A program made the translations under genes and the position numbers. A DNA stretch of 64,000 bases. It comes from Oopsacas minuta (Eukaryota > Animalia > Porifera). Below are positions 59,535 through 64,000 of this stretch, piece by piece. Every line of letters starts with the position of its first letter. The first letter of the stretch is position 1. The stretch is from assembly GCA_024704765.1 (NCBI GenBank), contig JAKMXF010000177.1:186001-250000 (forward strand). The letters are read 5' to 3'. The notes below the pieces were generated by a model that was not told the origin of the DNA, made no database searches, and saw only the letters and a program-made list of their open reading frames with translations.

Positions 59535-60869
59535 CAGTATGTCCCATAAAAATCTGGAAATTGGTCAATTATCTTAAATCTAGCATTTTATGAGTTTGAT
59601 AGTTTGTATCAGACATATCTACTTAAAATTTTATATTCCATTAAGTCATGTTTTTATTGGGAATACATTCCCCTTATATTATAAAAATTTTTTGCGCATA
59701 TTTATTGTTGCATCATCATGACACAAACACTTTTGCTATAATCATTTATATCTGTATTTTCATTCTGATTTAATAGCATTTATTATTCACCATGCGTCAG
59801 ACTGAGAAAAGGGAACACGCAATTATACTTCTAAAGGGGAATAAACACTCAGTTAAGGAAATATCTAGAATTGTAGGGGTCTCATTATCAACGGTTTACA
59901 ACGTAAAATCCCGAATAAGTGAATGTTTGCAAATTGAACGAAGAAAAGGGAGTGGGAGGCCAGGAAAATTACTCCCATTAATAACGAACAGTATCGCACA
60001 ACAAATTCGGAGAACCCCTTACATTTCTCTTAGAGCTATGGCAGACAAGTGTCCAGTTACCACCTCAAAGAATACGGTTGCACGTGCTTAGGAAGAAGTT
60101 AAGGTATACGAAGCCCTACCCTAGCCCCATTCCTCTACTATCTGAGAAAAATCGTATATCACGACTTGAATGGGCAGAGAAAAATCTTAGTAATGATTGG
60201 GAACATGCTATATTCGCCGATGAGGCTTCGATTTGGATCGCACGTGGGAGAATTCGCATGTGGACCAAGGAAGGTACTGAGAGGCTGCGAACAACAGTGA
60301 AACATACCCAAAAAGTCAACATTTGGGCAGCTTTTTCGTCTGTAGCAACGTTTCCACTATGTATTTTCCAAGAAATACTTACAGCAGCTCTCTTTGTGAA
60401 TATACTAGAGGGGCACTTGATAACAAAGCAACTGTTTTTCATGGGTCTGAGTGGTTTTTGGTGCAGGATAACGACCCAAACACACAGCCAAACTAACCAA
60501 GGCATAGATTGACAAAAATATGAAACAAAACAGAATAGACTGGCCAAGTCAAAGTCCAGATGTTAACCCTATTGAAAACTTGTTCGCCTGGATTAAGTTA
60601 GAACTAATCAAACGCAACCCTAAAAATATTCGAGACCTCAAATTACAACTATTGAAAATTTGGGAGGGGATAGATGCAGATTTTCTTCGACCTTATTGGG
60701 CTTCCATGCCCAAAAGATGTCAGCTGGTTCAAGAAAGTAGCGGTTATAAGATAAAATACTGAAGAACTACTAAATTACTTTAGATATTTCGGAAAAACAT
60801 TGGAAAAATCTTCGATAATAATATTCTTTGAAATGATTTACCTATTCCAGTTTTTTATGGGACACACTG
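59535..60869 (+). mobile_element. Full-length Tc1-family (DD34E-type) element, frameshifted transposase
   Basis: TIRs CAGTATGTCCCATAAAAA / TTTTTATGGGACACACTG, with TA on both flanks. HTH ORF 59792-60091 (RKGSGRP), IFADEASIW, QDNDPKHTAK (alternate frame), and WPSQSPDVNPIENL. Confidence 0.95.
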
Positions 60870-61789
60870 TATTTATTGATTTACAGTCTTCGTAAGTCAG
60901 TGTACTTTGCCTAATACACAACGGCCCCTAAAAAATCAAAGATGTTCAGAATAATCGATACTCGTAATGATAATATCATGGATATAGGTAATATCTGTAT
61001 ATGTTCTGGTAAATAAATTATTATACTGTTAGAATCATATATAGAACTCAACAGTCCTTGGGTCTATTTACTTCATGATAGATATTTATCGCTACTGACC
61101 GCAGGTGTACCTAGACGAACTTTATCACTTGAGGCCAGCTATCTAGGTTGTCATGAGTCAATAGGAAGAGTTGTGTATATATATGTTGGATTGTCTATAA
61201 AGCACCAATAACATTCGCTATATTAGCTATAGCCTGTGTTTAAAAACGCATACTGTAAATTCTTTGAGTATGTGTTAATTCCTTTGCTGATCCTGTTGTA
61301 ACTATTTTCCTTCCTGGCCACATTTATTGGTCAATTTGGCCTCTCAAATACAGCCTTAAAATATGTACCTTCAGATTAAAATGACTTAGAACAACATCCA
61401 ACGTGCTGCAGGCACTTCCAAAACAAAAAGTTACCGGCACTCTAGTCACAGCCTAAATGAATTCGATGAACATTCTTGATAATTACAATAAACATATTCC
61501 ATATAGCCAGTGTTCCCGCTAATATACGGGTAGCGAGGGATTTGGTAAGCAAATATAGTAGATAGGTATTGAGGGACCGCCTAAACTGTGGTGTACCTTT
61601 GTAGTGCTCTTAAATCGGTGTGTGTAGATTCTAACTAAACAATTATTGCAAATATTTATGTATTTGACTAGTTTGAGGAATCAAGTTATTAAAATCTCTT
61701 GGGGCATTCATATCATATTGTTAACATAAAGAACTATAATATGGCCCTGCCACTCAAATTTGCTTCCTAATCCCTAGTTACAGGCGATA

Positions 61790-62016
61790 ATACGGTGGCC
61801 ATTTATCTATAGACACACTTAGTCCCAAATTTCGTGAGGTATGACACTAAAATTAATGTGGAAGGCATTCAAAATGAAAAGATTCTGTGGGCTAGGTTTG
61901 GATTCCTTAGAGAGAGCTATGGGACATCACGAAATAGCATACCATATATCCAGTTTTAAACAACGGACAAACAGACAAACAAAAACAGGGACAAATTGAG
62001 ATTAAATATTATAGAT
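61790..62016 (+). repeat. Helitron/DINE-1-like repeat 3' end (also about 58990-59055 and 34190-34260; reverse copy at about 42170-42330)
   Basis: Shared AAAC(G)GACAAACAGAC...AATTGAGATT(T/A)AA..TATAGATT terminus. Confidence 0.5.
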
Positions 62017-63021
62017 TAAAGAAAAGGCACAATTTTCCAAGGATGAAATTGAGTGATGAAAATTGATCAATAAAAGTGGTTAAAAGGAAATAAGTGAAAT
62101 TTATGGTCAAATTGCAATAAGATCAGTTATAAACACAAAGAATAGGGAAATACATGAGTGTTTTAGTAAGCTGTATCCACATAAACAGGAATAGAAAATT
62201 TTACAGACTAATCATACAAAATCTAAAATAGATATTTAGGAAAGGTATGCTATGAAATAATACCAGATAAAATTTCGAAACTCAGACCAAATAGGATGGT
62301 AAAATGAAAGTGTTGCGTATAGTTTCATAAAAAAAGCCTATTGGGGGGTGAGTGACACATGAAATGTATATAACTTTCTGTATTTGAGACATAAAATGAA
62401 GGAAAAATATATTTAAAAGTCCCTCCTAGGTTGATATAGAAAGGTCCTAGTGATCTAGGTTGCAAAAAATCAGTTAGCGACCTAGGTTGCTGGTTAGACA
62501 AGCCCAACATAAAATATAATGGCCTAATGTAATTAATTTAGTATAATAAAATAATACAGAAATTATATTTCTAACCAGTGATTCAAAATTAATCGCATTT
62601 GAAGTAAACACTAGAGTGTGCCAAAATTTAACAAGAAGGCACAATCTCCCCGAAATTTCACAATGGGGGCTCCACTCCATGCGCTCCTTCTAATTCTACC
62701 CCCATGGGTGCAGTCCAAATTTTGGTGGACGCAGCCAACAATTCGTTGTATACATGCAAATAGCGAGAATTCAACCAAATATCCTGGAGATCAAACATTT
62801 CGAAGCCGAGTTTTAAGGTCATAAATGAGAAAGCTTTGGAGATAAACCCCCGGTATTCATATGTGGCAACACTGCTTCCCTCCTGCTCTGGGATTCTAGT
62901 TATAACTCAGATAGGGATATGTAGGAGTGTATACGGAAATAAAATAACATATTGCAAGTGCAAAAAATCGAGGTCGAACTGCCTAAACTAGGAAAAGCTG
63001 AGCTTGCAATAAATATATTAC

Positions 63022-63423
63022 CTGCATATCCACAAGAGCACCATACTGAAGTAATAATTTTAAGCAATTAATGTTACCACCTATTGAAGCGAAATGTAAA
63101 GCTGACATGCCATTCTTATCTGAGAAACCATTAACGCCACTGATCCTACGCTCGAGTATAGCTCTAGTTGATTCATGATGGCCAAGTTGACACGATAACA
63201 TCAAACAAGTTCTTCCATTGTTATCTTCTAAGTCATCAGTAAAGTCAAAGGTAAAATAACAATCAATGCAGTCAATAAAGTTCCTTTCAATAGCGTAGTG
63301 CAATGGTAAATAACCATTATCATCTATAACTTTCCAATCAGCACCTCTAGAAATGAGAATTCCGGCAATAACAGAAGAACCGAGAGCGAAAGCCCAATGT
63401 AAAGGAGTACGATGTTGAAGGTC
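63022..63423 (-). CDS. INVS: Inversin-like gene, ankyrin-repeat exon (134 codons, phase 0/0)
   Basis: Acceptor CTTACAG and donor CAG|GTAATA. DLQHRTPLHWAFALG...DDNGYLPLHYAIERNF...DDLEDNNGRTCLM...DKNGMSALHFASIGG..CLKLLLQYGALVDMQ follows the inversin repeat order (DNLFRTPLHWAALLG...DSQGATPLHYAAQSNF...DDSDLEGRTSFM...DKYGGTALHAAALSG). Confidence 0.85.
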
Positions 63424-64000
63424 CTGTAAGCGTATATAGCGTAACATTTACTATAAAATCAATAAATATAACAGAATTATAATATAGTATATTAACAAAT
63501 TGAATCGACAAAGAAAGTATGAACCTTGACATATCAGATAACAAGCATCTTTTGAATGGAAAAGCTATAAACACATGCCAAATGCATGTAAAACAACAAT
63601 AGCAAATTGGGAAAGTTGATGTCAACCATTTTTAAAAGGTGACTTTCAGCTGACACAATCGCTAAGCGACAAAATCTTCTAATCACTTCGAATAAACTAT
63701 TAACAACTACATTCATGCTCAGCATCAATTCCCAGCAAGGCAATATTGTTACATAAATGTCGCAAAAAAGGTGAGAAACTAGATTTTGAAAAATAAAAAT
63801 GTGCAAATCTTTCCAAAAATGAGCACACTTCTCCTAAAATTAGTAACTCCAAAAAAGAAAGATCATTTCTAACTATTGTTCAAGTCGAATAAATTACTTA
63901 CAAACCAAAGTTAATCGGAATCAATATTGGTATAAATCTGGTGTTAATAAAGAAAAGCAATAGGTTGAGTAAAGCTGGACCAAGGGATGAATAACAAGAA

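Noticed and set aside
60116-60547. 143-aa minus-strand ORF
   Set aside because: It is antisense to the Tc1 transposase.
25817-60869. Mariner (25817-27151) and Tc1 (59535-60869) elements both measure 1335 bp
   Set aside because: They have different TIRs and catalytic signatures, and about 1.3 kb is the normal size for the superfamily, so this is coincidence.

Overview
AT-rich eukaryotic (animal-type) genomic DNA, largely filled with nested and mostly decayed transposons. No rRNA, tRNA or CRISPR array is supportable. Two host genes are recognisable, both on the minus strand. One is an intronless, strongly diverged NOP14-like ORF (12102-14243). The other is an inversin (INVS)-like ankyrin/IQ gene with exons at 63423-63022, 50498-49945 and 29138-28478, separated by 12.5-kb and 20.8-kb TE-filled introns; the second intron probably has a GC donor. 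Mobile DNA includes a spliced and so-far uninterrupted Ginger1-type integrase gene (running off the window start), two decayed Ginger1 copies, a Ginger2/KRABA2-type element, a Transib-like remnant, Merlin, mariner (x2), Tc1, hAT (x2 plus many MITEs), several Mutator-like elements, a LINE and Helitron/DINE-like repeats. The three strongest leads are: (i) a decayed transposase at 35.3-38.8 kb whose hand-reconstructed N-terminus resembles the RAG1 non-core/Chapaev zinc-binding module, followed by a Transib/Chapaev-like core; (ii) a MULE whose 3' end is folded back into a 238-bp-arm near-perfect hairpin; (iii) the intron-containing Ginger integrase inserted next to the catalytic Asp of the Transib remnant. 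All family assignments come from motif recognition by eye with no database searches. Coordinates of decayed elements are approximate, and the host species cannot be determined from this window.
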